Assembly (NCBI GenBank): GCA_020536535.1
Contig: JAHLWZ010000806.1
Span: 69,981-133,980 of the forward strand
DNA length: 64,000 bases
Direction: 5' to 3'
Source of the DNA: Pelomyxa schiedti
Lineage: Eukaryota > Protista > Evosea
Shown: positions 37,702 through 51,699 of the stretch, piece after piece
Numbering within the stretch: the first letter of the stretch is position 1
Layout of the letters: every line of letters starts with the position of its first letter
The notes under the pieces: generated by a model
The model's database searches: none
The model's input: the letters and a program-made list of their open reading frames with translations, nothing else
What the model was told of the DNA's origin: nothing
Position numbers and translations under genes: made by a program

Positions 37702-40700
37702 TTACAAGTTGGAAGTGTCTGTTTTTGGTTCTGCATTTTCCGGGTTTGGTGGTGCTTCAGTGGTTGTTGGATTTGTTGGTTCCGTTGTTGTTGGGTTTGG
37801 TTCAGTGGCCGTTGAATTTGTTTGTTCCGTTGTTGTTGGGTTTGTTGGTTCTGTTGTTGCCGGGTCTGCGGTTATCGTTGGTGTTGTTTCAGGTGTTGCT
37901 GTGGAACTGGGAGGGATTTGAGTTGTAACGCCCCTTTTGCTTAAATGGTCTAGGAGTTCATTGACCCTGGCTTCTAGTACTTCGTTGGATTTCCTCTCGC
38001 GGCGGTAGTCTTGGTTCAGGAGGTCATTTTTGAGTTCAAGTTCCCTGAGCCGGGTCTGTAGGGCCTCGTGCTTCTCCTTGTTTTGCTCCAGTTGAGTTTG
38101 AAGCTGGTTTGACAGCTCTTGTTCGCTCTTAAGCCGAGATTCTGCCTGTGTTAAAGACGACTGTGTGAGGGTTTGTGCCGTTTTGGTCTCTGTGAGTTGT
38201 CGTTCCAAGGCTCGGAGCTCAGCACCGTGGGCTGATTGTTCTTGGGCTACAGTTTCTATTTTGTGCAGTGCCTTTTCGGCCTCGGCTTGCATTGCGACTA
38301 GTGACCTTTCACCTTCTTCCCTCTTGGACTTCTCTATTGACAGGTTCAGCTTCATTTCCGCTAATTGCCGGGTGCACGATTCCAACTCCAAAGCAGTTTG
38401 GTCGAGGTTATGGATTTGCTTCTTCAGTTCGTCGCGTTCTGCTTCTAGGAATGACTTGTCTCTGACCAAAGAAGTTCGCTCTGTTTCACCTTGCTCCAAC
38501 GAGGCCTGAATTTCTGTTAAGGAGGTTTGCATTACGCCTCTTTCTCCTTCAACTCTAGCCCTGGCTCTCTTCTCCTGCTGAAGTTGCTCAGTAAGTTCCC
38601 TTACTGATTGCTCCGCCGCTTGGCGTGCCTTGGACTCGGCGTCTACTTTTCCATACAACTGGGTCACTTCTTCAGCCAGTTTTCCTTCTCTGGCTGAGGT
38701 TCCATTGTTGTTGGAAACTGCAACCGAACTTTGGCTCAACTCGTTTACAACTCGTCTAAACCTATAACTTCTTTCTGCCAATGGCGGTGATACTGCCGCT
38801 GGTGGTACGGTCTGTTGCTCTTCTTCTTTCCGCTTCATTTTATTCAACTCCTGCTTTACGCTGTGTAACTCATTTTCAGTAGTTTCGTGAAGTTTTTGAA
38901 GCTCCTGCAGCTCACGTTCTACTTTGGAACGAGCATTATCTGCCCGTTGCCTTCCGTCAGATTCCCCTTGAACTTTCTTTCTAAGGTCCTTCAGATCGGC
39001 CTGTGTTTCCGCCAAAGACTCCTGTAAATGGGAAATACTGTCTTCAGCAGAGCTATATTTTAGACGCATCTCATTGAGAGAGGCTTCAGAGGCTCGCATG
39101 TCATTCACCAGCTTTTCTCGTGCAAGCTGAACATCCTTCAGTGTTACCTTAGAATTTTCGAGCTGCATCTTAATTGTTTTTAGTGTGCTCTCGGTTTCGG
39201 AGTGAGCCCTGCGCTCATCATCAAGTTGTGAGAGGGCAGATGAAAGCTGGGATTGTATTCGTCTCTGTGAATAGTCAGGTACTGTTCCAGTTGAACTAAG
39301 GCTGGATGCAGAGGAAGACCTGAGACCAGTGCCATTGGCACTGGTTCCCAAAGTAGATAAACTCTTTTTAGTGTCTCGCAGTTCACTCTCCAGAGATTCA
39401 CACCTGTCTTTCACGTTTGCAAGTTGTTCCTCGAGGTTTCTCTTCTCTGCTTCACAATTTTCCAGCTTGTGGGAATAATTTGTGGTTTCTTCTTTTAAGG
39501 CTGCCAGTTCTGTAGAGAGTGTTGAACAAGTTGTTTCAGTCTTTCTTTGCGCTTCCTGAGAGAGTCTGAGATCAGTTTGCAGGTAGTGTACTTCCGCGCT
39601 GCGTGATGCTACTTCTCGATTGGCAGTAGCCACGCTCTGAACTTCATCACATTGATATTTCATAACAGAATGCTCTAGATCTGCAGCTTTTGTTTCTAGC
39701 TCTTGTGCTTTTTCACGAGACTGCTGTAAAGCACCTTCGAGCTCAGAAATGCGCTCACGCATAAGACCATTTTCGGATTCGGCCTTCTTTCTTGCCAAAG
39801 CTTCACTGAGGGCAGAATTTTCCCCTTTTTTTGCAACATCACATTCCGCCTTGAGGCGCTCAACTTCATCTCCCCACTGGGACTTGAGATCATCATATTT
39901 TGCTCGTAAAGCTTTGTATTCACTTTCAAGGGTTTGCCTTGCTTCTGATGCAGTCTCTGATCGTTTTGTTGACATTTTTACTTCGATTTCCAGTGTTGAT
40001 ATGTCTCTTTTCAGTTCAGCATTCATTAAACCTAATTTTGCAACTGCATCTCTTTGAACTTCCACTTCTTTTTTGGCTTCTTCACAGTTCCTTGTGAGCC
40101 AAGCAGTCTGTTCTTGAAGTCTTTCTTTGGCTGCTATTTCAGAAGACAGTTTAGACTTCATTTCAGCTAGATCTTTTTTTATGGTATCCTTTTCTGTAAT
40201 GGTTCGAGATAACTCTGCTTGCTTTGAAGTCAGATCTGCTTTAGCGGTTTCAAGATCTGATTCAGTGGTACGCCTTCGGCGTTCTGCTGTCATGTGTGTA
40301 CGTCTCTGTTCGTCAAATTCTGTCGTTCTGGTGACCAGTTCTTTCTCAGATGAGGCCAGCTTTCTTTCCAGCGTGGAATTTGCACGTTGCAACTGTTCTA
40401 TTTGTTCCTTGTGCACAGATATAGAATTTTCACGTTGTTTGATAGTTTGTTCCGCCGTCTGAAGAAAATGTTATCACCCTTAACAAGGGATGGAAAGTGT
40501 ACAGTTTTACTATCAGTGAGGTTTTTTATCGTTGTCTTATAAGAATCCATTTCTGCTTGCAGCTTCTTCAAAGCCTGAAGTGCTTGATTCTTCTCTCTTT
40601 CCGAGGCATCGAGCTTTCTTGTTAGGACTGCTGGGTTTTCAGAGAACGTGTCATTGTCATAAGTTCTTCTCCTCCGCACTCCATAGTCAAATGAGGAAGA

Positions 40701-43700
40701 ATCTCGTTCAGCTGTCAGTCTCACACTTTCTTTTTGGCGTTCTTCTTCTCGCAACTTTTCAGCTTGGCGTTCCCTCTCCCTTTCTACTTCCATTTGTTTT
40801 TCTTTTTCCCTCTCAGCTTCTTTTTGTTCATTGTGCAAGTGTTCCTTCGCTAATTCTTTCAACATTTCTTCCTTCTCAAGTTCGAAGATATGCTTTTCTT
40901 TTTGCCACTCCGCTTCTTGGACTTGGTATCGGGATATTTCCAGGAGTCTTTCTCTTTCTTTCTCTCCCATTTCTTTTAGTTGTGCTTGCATATCTTGAAT
41001 TTGAACTTCAGCATCCTCAAGAGTTGTACGACCAAATGCTGGTTCTTTTAAGCTTGGTTCCACCGTGCTTGCATCAGGGAGTGCTGGTCTGATCAAATTA
41101 CGCTTGCACAGTAATGCCCATGCCACTAGGAAAGATTTGAACACGTTTTCTACAGTTTATTGTGGGAACCTGCTTGAAGTGGTGACACCAGTTCCATGAG
41201 TTTAGATTTGCATTTTTCTTCAAGTAAAGTCCAGGCAAAAGCTTTCAGGAAGATAGAACGGTGTCCTAATTTATAACCACCAGTAGGAATAGAATTTTGT
41301 GAGAGAAGTGAAGCAGCTGCACGTTTGGGTTCGCTGGTTGCCTCTACACAGAGAAGACCGTACCTACGTGGTTTTGTCACTGTAACTGTGCCCGAGAAAG
41401 AAGAAAACCTTTTAAGCAAATCATTGTAGGAGAACTTGAAGGGAAAGCCCTTGGCAGAGACCTTCACTTCTTCAATAATTCCATGTGACTTCAACCGAGA
41501 AAGAACGTAATGCTCACTAGTGAAAATACTATGTTAGAGGGAAACGTAAATAGGTGTGGGCTACTTGAAAGTCTCAGTGTTTACATTGCTGCATTTGATG
41601 CAATGAATGAAATGGGGGTTCGATTGAGAGAGGCGGGTAACTAAGGACTGAAGTTGTTGGGCAAGTTGGAACCCAATACCAGGGCAAGGCTGAATTGTTC
41701 CCAGGTTATCTGCGGTCAAAAGAGTGCACAGCAATGAATTAGTGCTTTCATGCAGGCACTGCACCAAGTTTGTGTGAAGAGTAGGGGGTCCAAGTTGTAC
41801 TGGACAGTTTTGCGCCACCCAGCCACAGACATTATAACAAACTCTTCCAAAGGGATGCCAGAGATAAAATCCTTGATTTGGTGCCTCACGGCCCTTCTAT
41901 TTTCTTTTTAAAAAAACCTGTGGAAGAAATGCCAAACCTCAGAGTTTAGAGGTTCCCTTGTATAATTCTTCTGTAGCTCATGGAGAACAGTTTCCGTACA
42001 TTCCAGTTCAGCAGAGGAATTCGCACAAATAGTGCACTGTGCAGAATTATCGGCTCCAGGATGGTTTTCCAGTACACTAAATATGCCTCGCGGGGGTTGA
42101 TGGGTGGCATCATAAACAAGGTCCAGCGAACTTTCACTCTTCACAGCGTTGTGGGTCCAGTCTAGACCCTCTCGTTTATACTATTGGACCCAACTTTAAT
42201 ACAGAGGGTAACCGCATCAGGAAAGAACCTCCTCTGGCAAATCTTGGAAGGAAAACTTGTTGAAAAACTGCTGAATGACATCATTTGAATAATTAAAGAG
42301 CCTGACATGGGTATTATTATCTGTGGTAGGTGTATTTCAATTACTTACAACTGATCGAAGCCATTGTGGTCCAAATTTTGAAAGCCACTCATATCCACAA
42401 TGTTGATGGAATGGGCATGGACCCGGTTGCTACAAATAGTAGAGTTGATCTTTTTGACTACCTTTTTCCCCACCCAACACGTGAGAAGAGTACAATCCAT
42501 CCAGCCAGTAACATACCCACAAAAGCAAGGCATTGTAGAGCAACTTAACGAGAGACTTAAGTTCTTGAAATGAATATGGAGCAGAAAGGGGGTGCTGTGA
42601 TTCAATTTCTCTGGTCGGCTGTGTTGGTGGGGTGGAGGATGTTTGAATAGAAGAGATATGTGGTGATGTTAATGCTTTTTGCAAGCTGCTGCAATCAATA
42701 CCAAGCAATGAAGCGGCAACACTCAGGTCACCCAACTTGGTAAATTCACCTTCCACGTTTAACATCTTCACGTTACCCAAATGAAGCAATCCAGCTAACA
42801 CGCACCAAATGCCCAATTGTTCATCCTCAGAAAAACCAAGGACTGCAAGAGAATTCTAGGTTCGTTGGTGTGGACCGTATTAATGAAGAATACCTGTGTT
42901 CTTTCGAATCCAATAGCATCGTCCTTTGCCTGAATACCAACATTTCCCTGATTCAATAAAAGAAAGCGATCTGCTGTATCCAAATGTAATTTACCTGTTG
43001 TTGTTTAAGTTGCCTCTAGTTCATAAATGATGAGGTACTTGAAAGATCGGCATTTGCACCAGAGAGGAGCTGGTAAAAAATGTGGAAATTTCTTTCCCCG
43101 GGATGTTGTGAAACACATCTAGTTATTTCAAGAGAGACTGACAAAACAAATTAGGCGCCAGGAAAAGAAGAAAAGACAGAGGTCACACATGTTTCTATTT
43201 TGGCTCCGATAATCTCACCAGAGTAACTGTACTGGAATTCAAGAAGCTTCCCCTAAAAAGTACTTGAGCACCAAAGAGAAATCCGCCAAAAGACATTGAA
43301 CTGGGGCAGCTACATACAAAGCGTGAGGAGTCAGAATTCAAAGTGGTAACTGCATTTCCAAATGCTTTGAGTACTTCATTACAGTGGTGTATTTTGGTGT
43401 GAAGGCTCGATGGGACAGAGGGAGTGGGCTGTGGTGCAAGGGCAGATGCGTGAACAAGATAATCTGTTAGCTTCTCAGCACTACGGGATTTCCCAGACCC
43501 AGATTCCCCCCTGAAGAATTCTTATTTAGGAACCAAAAAAGAATGAAATACAATAATAAAATTGACTGATTGCGGCTTTGTAGAAGCATTGAGGTGTATG
43601 CAGCATCCGCCACAGCATAAATGTGAGGTGGGGCAGTGCGACTTCTCAGGTGGAATGCTTCAAATGAAGTGTGCACTTCATTGGGTGTTTCTGTACAATG

Positions 43701-44268
43701 CATATATATCAGAGAAGACCGCCCTGAATATGTCTTGGAAGGTTGACTCGAACATCAGTATACTGTCAAACGTAGCGCAACATACATATGGATGATTTTC
43801 CTTTAGCCTAGAATATAGGCAATGCAAAATGCTTGGCTCGTTGACGTGTGGCAGGCATGCAATATGTTCAACCCTATCGAATTCTGCAGGGTTTCTTGCA
43901 AATACGTTGGCTTTGGGAAAGATGACTTCCTATAACTTTAAGAATAACGATTGATTTTGTAATTCTCTAATTTAATGCACAGACCTGTTCCCCATCGGTG
44001 GTCACAGTAACTTCCTCAAAGGCCTCGCTTTTCACAGTGCATGGAATATATCGATTATCTACCAGGCACCAAGCCAGTCTTGCCTTCAATTATATAGTGA
44101 CTCAGTATTCAAACCAAAATAAACCAAAAACAAACTGGGGGATGGGGGGAAAAAAAACCAATTGTGTTTTTCAGTACAACAGCACACACAAAACACGAAA
44201 GCGACGGGGAAAAAAAAGAAAAACGATGGAAAAAGTTAGTTGGTCGCCACCTCTGCGTGTTGGGACAT
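37702..44268 (-). CDS. Myosin-II-like heavy chain with divergent motor, long coiled-coil tail and T/P/N/E-rich tailpiece
   Basis: PHIYAVADAAY, NQSILLLGESGSGKS, AFGNAVTTLNSDSSRFGK, ERNFHIFYQL, IVDMSGFQ, PHFIHCIK, KGFP, YKLGHRSIFLK; >1000 aa heptad-rich tail. Confidence 0.88.
37735..37900 (-). repeat. Coding tandem repeats (TTEPTNP-like) in myosin tailpiece
   Basis: ATTEPTNPTTTEQTNSTATEPNPTTTEPTNPTTTEAPPNP at the C-terminus of ORF 37702..40416. Confidence 0.7.
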
Positions 44269-44574
44269 GTTTTTTTTTCTTTTCTTTTTTTGTTCTTCCT
44301 GAAGATATCACACCACCGGCTTAGCCGTATGAACGGGAAAATGGACAAAAAAAGAAGGAACGTCTAAGAGAATCTGCTTCCGCGATCCAAGATTGATTCC
44401 ATCAAGTATGATTCACACGAGGCAATGGCTTTGTGTTGTGAGATCATTCTCACACTGTTCTCTCAGAAAAAGCTAAGGGGTTGCTTGTGGGGGATAACTA
44501 ACTTGTCAAGCAATCAGAACAATTGTTGATACAAAAAATGAGAAAAAAGGTATTTCTCTGTTATATTCTCTCTT

Positions 44575-45247
44575 TTACTTCTTCTTCTTGGGTCCATCGT
44601 CATCTCCTCCTTTTTTAACCTTTGGCTTGGTTCCCCACTGTTTCTTGGCCCTATTCTTGCGCTCCTTGCGCTGTTTGCGGGCAACTTTGGCCTTCTTTGG
44701 CTTCTTGGCTCCATTCTTTAACATAATTAAGCTAAGGGAAAATCATGGAGAAGCTTACTCGGCGGAGTCTGTATGGTGCCTCGAATTTCTTGGCTGCGGA
44801 GTATGTGTCGTAAATAATTCCGAATCCAGTGGTCTTACCGCCACCAAAGTGAGTCTTGAACCCACCAACAAAGATTGTCTTGGTTGTCTGGTGGAATTGT
44901 GGTAAATTGTGTGGTCCATTTAGAGCAAATATAAATAATCCTTTACTGAGTTCGGAAAAAGTACGCACTGGAACGTTGTACATTTTGCGGAGCATCTTCT
45001 TTATTTCAACTTTGGGTACGTTGGCCTTACCGGGGTGAACGACGTCGATAAGCTTTATTTAAAACACAAAGAGGAGAGAAAGGTCCGTTAGAGGGTATAA
45101 ACGGAAAAGAACAGTAATTAAAAGGCGGCGAAAGTGGGAGTTGGGACTAACGAATTGTCTTCTTTGCAAGAGTCTGTTAAGCATAAACTTTCGGGTCCTG
45201 ATGGTGGCAGTACCCATACCCGTTGTGGCCGGGGCCTCAGTGCTCAT
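44575..45247 (-). CDS. RPS24: 40S ribosomal protein S24 (eS24), 3 introns
   Basis: [60 protein letters not shown]. Confidence 0.96.
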
Positions 45248-45693
45248 TTTTCCTTACTACTGCAAAAACAAGAAAAAAAAAAATTGGCATGGAAACGATG
45301 GCAGTGGCAGGAAGTAGTGCGAAACGAATGGCGAAAAAAAAATGAAGTGTAGTCGTCGCTGGTTCTGGTTGGTTTTTTCACTACGGACCGAGAGCACGTC
45401 ACGTGCGTCAAAATGGAACGATGCGGGACAAATTCTTAGTCGAAATCGCGCTCCGTGAAAAAAGTCTTATCTAGTGTCGTCATAGCTATAGCTGCAATTG
45501 CCACCCAAGTTCTAAATTTCTAATCTGCAGAAGTTGCACTGAACTTCCCATCCCAGTACTCCGGAGGATCCCACAAGGCAAGGGCGTTTTCTTCTTGTAG
45601 GGCCATACAGTTCGGTTTTAGTTTTGCATCTCCATTTTCAGCCTTTCTTTGCGGCGAACTAACAGATTCACTAATCTGTTGTAGTTTCGGCAA

Positions 45694-46773
45694 ATGACGT
45701 GGTGGGCCAAGGGTCTTGTGATTGACGTTGACGGGACTTTGGTTAGAACGGAGGAACTTGGTCTCTCTTGCACCCGCGCAGTGTTGGTTAAACACGGTTA
45801 CTCACCCAACTTGGTCAATGTGGATCTGTACAACGAGGGTTGGCTGCTGTGCACCGTGTGTTTGATTGATGTAACTTGCTTTTACTTTTTTTTTTTTTTT
45901 TTTTTTGTTTTCCCCCATTGGTTGCCATTTTGCTTTGCTTTGGTGCTCATTGTCTTCCCTTTAGAACCCTTTATTCCAATTGCTGTTGCTCATTTCATTA
46001 AAAATTTGCATTTCATGTGCCTAATAAAGCCTTGGGGAAATAGGTACCAAGTTTCCAACGAGGGTCCGGTTGGCGTGGCACACCGGACTGGATCCAAATT
46101 CCGCTGAAGCGAAGGCACTGGCTGATTCCTATGACGAAATAGAACTCACCCTTGTTTGCACTTGCATATTCTCTTTCTGTCTCTCCCCATTGCTTGCCTT
46201 TTTGTGGGGTCATCTTACCATGATTCCATACTAGATATCACCGGATATGTGCCCCCTTTTTAATGGGATAAAAGCGTTCCTAGATGAGGTGGTCTCTATG
46301 AGAGGCGTGCCGGCAGTGGCTCTCTCCAATGCCACAACAAACAACACAGTGACAAAGCTGAAGGTTTGTCCACAATGCCTTTTTCTCACTTTTCACCGTT
46401 TTCCTCAAAGCAATTTTATCCACTCACTAGGCAGTTGGCATATTCAAGTACTTTGTTGCAGTGCTCGGCTCAGACACTGTTCCCGAGACGAAACCACTTC
46501 CGGGGGGTGTGATCAAAGCCTGTGGGTTGCTCAATCAACCCCCGAAAAACTGCATAATGATTGGAGGTAATTTATGATCCCACTTTCCTCAAGCAAACAC
46601 TTATCTTCCCAACAGATTCTCCAAGTGATGGACAAGCCGGTTCAGCTGCCGGAATTGGCAGTAGTATTGGAGTCGTCTGGGGCCAGCACCAGATAGAGAC
46701 CCTCAGGCCTCATTTTACGCACATAGCCACTTCTCCTTCACAACTGCACCAATTATGCATGTCAGATTCTTGA
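45694..46773 (+). CDS. HAD-superfamily phosphatase (phosphoglycolate-phosphatase-like)
   Basis: Motif I IDVDGTL, motif II LSN, motif III KPLP, motif IV MIGDSPSD. Confidence 0.88.
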
Positions 46774-46944
46774 TACTATATGACCACTATGGATACAAGG
46801 AAAGCCCCACTCAGGAGTCACGACCGTCGTTTGTTTTCCCAACGGAATAAAGACAATTCGCAATACAATGAGGAGATCTTTGTTGACTTTTGGTGTTACG
46901 TTGCTCCACAAGAGGGGCAAACTGAAGAAACATACATTTTTTTT

Positions 46945-49900
46945 TTACAGTGGTTCATCCTTTTCTTTGCGGGCTTTGACTTCATAGGGCCGGTTGAGGA
47001 AGTAATGTGAAGGCTGAATGGCAACATCAAGTTTATCAGGGAACCCACGATGTCGGCCAACAAGCATGACCATAATCATGCTGTACATGCAGTGAGGGAG
47101 ATAAAGAAACAAAAAATAGAAAGAAAGAAATCCAGGAATTGAGGTGAATGTAGAGAGTGGTGTTTGTTTACATACAATATTTTGGAAGCTGGGGATAAAC
47201 AACCGGAAAAGCTGTAGGGTTTGCCGGCAACTCCAAGTGTGAGGCCCACTGTTCCATAGCTTGAGACAATTTCGAATAGAATTTTGAAGGGAGTATAAAC
47301 AGGGTCGGTTTGTATGTTTTCAGCTTCTATGCAGCATATTATGAACCAGGGACCTATTACCCAAGTGATATCGAATAGCAGCAACCTAACAAGGTTGGAA
47401 TCCAGGAGTATCCCGACATTTATGTGGTCTCGATAACCTTTTAAATTGGTGCAGCACCCTATTGGCTTTGGGAGATGAATCCGAATGGCTCCACATGTTT
47501 ATCAACACGTTAGTATCGCGCAGTGAGACTGCAATTGGTAGAGCAGCTATGTACATCATGGTTATAAGCATCACATGCACTCCAGGATCCAGGGCACTCA
47601 CGTCTATTGAGTTGAAACCAGCTGTTCTTGTGGAAACACATTGGAACATGCAGTTGACAATGCGATGGCCTGGTGACAGGTATGAAAGGGTCTGCCAATC
47701 TAAACCAGTCAAAATTGCAAACTGTGCTAGTGTGGTGCCCTAGAAGTTTTTTTTTCCCCTTCATTTTGAGTGTTCAGATGAAACAATACTCTTTTCACAC
47801 CATAACTATCAGCAGAATGTATAAGGTATACTTCCAAGGGAAAAGAACTGTTAGATATTTGCGTGGATTTTTCTGGAGGTTCAATTAGGTGTGGCGCTAA
47901 GCTGGAAAGGAATCAACCAACACATCTCGAAGAGTGGAGCCAAGTTTGGAGTTTGGCTTGATCCAAGAGATGGTCCTAACAGTAAAATACAACCCAACGG
48001 GATATCCAGTATTGCCCAGTAGGATTAGGAACATGGTAACAAACAGAGGAAATGTGTCAAGAGCGAGAGGAACACAGTTGTCACGAAGAAGAGATAGGCC
48101 AGCATTATTGAACGCAGCTACCTGTTTGTTTGTTAACTTCTATAATTACAAGAGAGTCATACAGCGTGAAAAGCAGCAAAGAACCATGGCTGTGTGATAG
48201 CAGAATTTGGTTTACCGGTAAAGTAACTGCCAAAGGCAATAAAGGATAAGGTAAGTAAAGTCCAGTTATACAAATGTATAACGCCCAGCATTGTTTTTGC
48301 AGAGAAATCGCCAAGTTCTTTATAACGTCGGGAATATAGGGCCGTGACAGCTCTCTCTGTGCGCAGGGCTGATTCAACTTCCGGATTTGTTCGAGGTGGT
48401 GCCTTCTGTACTTCTCCATGCTGGGTGTCAGATGGAGAATTACTGCCATGCGTAGCATCAGAACTACTGGTTGAGACAGCTGAACTTTCACCTGTATTTG
48501 ATCTTTCCCTTAGTCCCCCACTTTGTGAGAGATCGTTCATTTCTATTATGTTTCTCTTTGCCAGACGTGCATCAATGATGGCCCCTTCTTGTGAGACATC
48601 AAAATCATCTGTGCGCGTTTTCAACCTTGGCCAAACAAGTAACCTCAGAAGCAGTGGAACAGTGGAATCCATAACAGCCCCGCCGACGAGCATGAGGAGC
48701 AGTAGAACAATTTTCGAGCCCGAATACCATTCGGAGAGGTCAACAGAACTCAACCCTGTAGCAGATATTGCCGACACGCACATGAACCAGGAATCAATAA
48801 ATTTCAGAGCCGGGTGTGGCGAAGAGGCGGACGAAGATATCCCCGAGAAATTTGAAAGACTGGAAGCACTGGAGTTGGCAGTATCACTGTTCCACAGCCT
48901 CTCGATCGAGTAGCACACTGCTGCTCCTACCAGAGAGAGGAACGTAAACCAGACGAAATGAATAGGAGCATAATGGAAACTGTGCCTGTTCAACAGCGCA
49001 GCAGCCAATTTGCGTCGGGCTGAGCGAGGGGCACTGCCTGCCTTCTTCAACAACAATAGAGGGATATGGACTGATGAGGACTTGCCTTCCTTTTTTGCAT
49101 GAGCCAGAGCTTCGATGGCCTCTACTGGCCGATTGTCATGTTGCTCCCGCCGTTTGATTATTGGCGAGTCCGATTCTCTGTGAATGATCCCTTCTTCACC
49201 ATCATCGCTTGTGCGTTCCCTCTTGTGTCTGCTATGATCATCATGACGGTGGTGGTGTCCGTGTCTTGTATGGTGCTTATGGTACGAATGGAATTCGCCC
49301 TCGTCAGGCTCCGTTCCGTCAACCCAGCGGCCATCAACCTCGATCGAGCGGCTTCTCCGAATAGCCCGCTCTACAACTTCAGGGTGGCTGTCTGACAGTC
49401 TGAACGAGTGAGCCCTCTGAGACACGTCGCCATCATCTCCAGGAGCTTCGCCTGTACCTCCGGCCGGAGAAACAGTACGGCTGTCCACATCAGCCGCGGC
49501 ACCGGATAATGGGACAACAGTGCCAGAACCGACCCGCCAAGTGACATCTGAATCGGGAGTCCTGGCCCTCCACCCGCCCGCCTCGGGCTGTATATCCTGC
49601 TGGTTCTTGGCCGCATTATGGGCGCGGTTCTGGCTGTCCGGGTGGGCCGGGGCTTCTATCTGTGGCTTCGTCCCGCCGCAAACATCAACGATGGCGAACT
49701 CCGTGCCCTGGAGCGTGGGGTCCATCGCGAATCCGCCCGATTCCAACACCTCCTCGTCGACGCCAGAGGAGTCCCCGCCTTCCTGTTCTGTCGTTGCATT
49801 CTTCGTCGTGGTAGTAGTGGTCGTAGTAGTCGCAGCAGTCGCAGCAGTCTTGTCGCTGCTGCTGGTGTTGTTGCTGTTGTTCGCCACTCTCGTTGCTCTC

Positions 49901-50118
49901 CTAGGCGACGGCGACCGCGACGAAGACGACGAGGTAGATAGCCCCGACGTCAACCCCTCGTCCTCGGACCACCCTTGCTTGTGCCCTCGTTCGTCCTCGT
50001 CGTCGCCCTCGTAGTAGTCGTCCGCGCCTTGTTCGTTTCCCTCGGCGGGCGCGGCCGCTGGAGCGAAGCGCGTCGTCACTGCCGACTCGCGCAGCGCAGG
50101 CCTGGTACCTGACGACAT
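46945..50118 (-). CDS. Trk/HKT family cation (K+/Na+) transporter with long disordered N-terminus
   Basis: FIDSWFMCVSAISATGLSSVDL, FFAAFHAVAAFNNAG, FQCVSTRTAGFNSID, LFEIVSSYGTVGLTLG, MLVGRHRGFP. Confidence 0.92.
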
Positions 50119-50268
50119 GGACTGCGACGGAATTCGGGGAGTCTGGAACGAAGTTCCCGCGTCCAAACGGGAAACCCGGAAGGTTCGAAGAAACACGAAT
50201 GTTCACGAAAGAGCTGATGTTTTTTTTTTTTTTTTTTTTGTGAGGATTAGGTAGCCTAGTGGTGTTCT

Positions 50269-51408
50269 TTACAAACTTACTGTTTCACAAGGAAATACTA
50301 GTGGGGCGACAAGGAACGCCACAATTGTCGATATGCATGTTGTGATTAAATTGACCTGATAGTTCATTAGTTGACTAAAGCTGGTGCATGGAAGATACCT
50401 GAGTATTTGAGAAAATGTCCATGCCAGATATATGCTTCACCTTGGGCCCAGGTCCATTCACCACCTTATTACATGAGCTATCCCATCCGGAGTACTGTAG
50501 AGTTGCTCCCATCAAACTGTCAACCTAGATGTGTTGGTGTCACAAAGCAAAATGTGAAGGGAGTACAAGTGACCCAAGGAGTCCAACAACAGAGCCAAAG
50601 GTCAAAGCCGAGCAAATTGACATTGGAAATAGGGTGGGCCCTGAGCTGATGTATTGTGCTCCCCAGAATGTGACTCCCATTAAAAATCCGCCAACGGGAG
50701 CCGAGAGTGTACCAAGAGTGGAAATTCCTCCATTGGTTCCTTGGGGAACCTAGGAAATGGTTGGAAATGAGCAGTTCGAGAGTGGATGGTGCCTTGCCTT
50801 GGTGAATCTTGTTATGAGCACTGGAGGAGAGGGACTTAGCATTCCTACTTCTGAGGACCAAGTATCTGCGGCACAGCAGCAATACTTGTTTTAGTTAATA
50901 CCATAGAGGTTGGAAGGTGAGAGTGCTTACGCATGCTAAGAAACCTGCTGACAGGCAACAAACAGATATTTCAATGCCGAAAATTCTGTTAATGACTCCA
51001 CGGCAGAGGTAGATAAAGCAGCACACAGTGCCAGCACCACCAGTAGAAATGACCTGTACCCAGCTTCTCTTACCACCTGGCAGTGAAAACTTTTATTTAG
51101 GAAAGGAATGAATAATAATAAGGATACATCAAAGTAAGAATAACAATAGTGCTCAAAACAAAATGAAACGAAGACCTTCCCTTCTTGTACTCTTTATCCA
51201 GAGTTTTCTTCAACCGGGCCCCCACCCTCGTCATCACTGAGCAACTGATGAAAAACACCAACAATGTTGCAGTGAATGGACCCCCGGCTTCGAAAGTCAC
51301 ACACCCAACCAACCACGCTGCAATTGCACCCCCAAAGTCCAACGCACGTGCCCAATACGCACACACCCCAATGACCCCCGCCACCCCAAACGACACCCCC
51401 AGCGTCAT
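50269..51408 (-). CDS. TMEM19: TMEM19 / DUF92 membrane protein
   Basis: ALDFGGAIAAWLVG, LLVFF, GKRSWVQV, AADTWSSEVG, VPQGTNGGISTLG. The 3' end is approximate. Confidence 0.85.
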
Positions 51409-51699
51409 CAACCCAAGCGGTTTTTTTTTCTAGTTGTGTTGTGTTGAAGGCTGCTGTTATGAAGACAGGTGGGAGGAATGACTTGTGGGATGGGAGCGGT
51501 AGGGAGGCGGTGGGAGGGGGGAAGGAGAGTTATGGGAAACAAGGTGTAGGGTATCTTGAATGACCAAGAATAGGGATTACCATTCCCCACCCACCTTCCT
51601 TGTTTGTTTGGAAAAAGAAAAACATCAAGCTTCGAGCCTCTCGTTTCGGGAAAAACTCTACAGAGAAAAAAAACCAGGAGCCGAACGCGAGGAGGTGCC

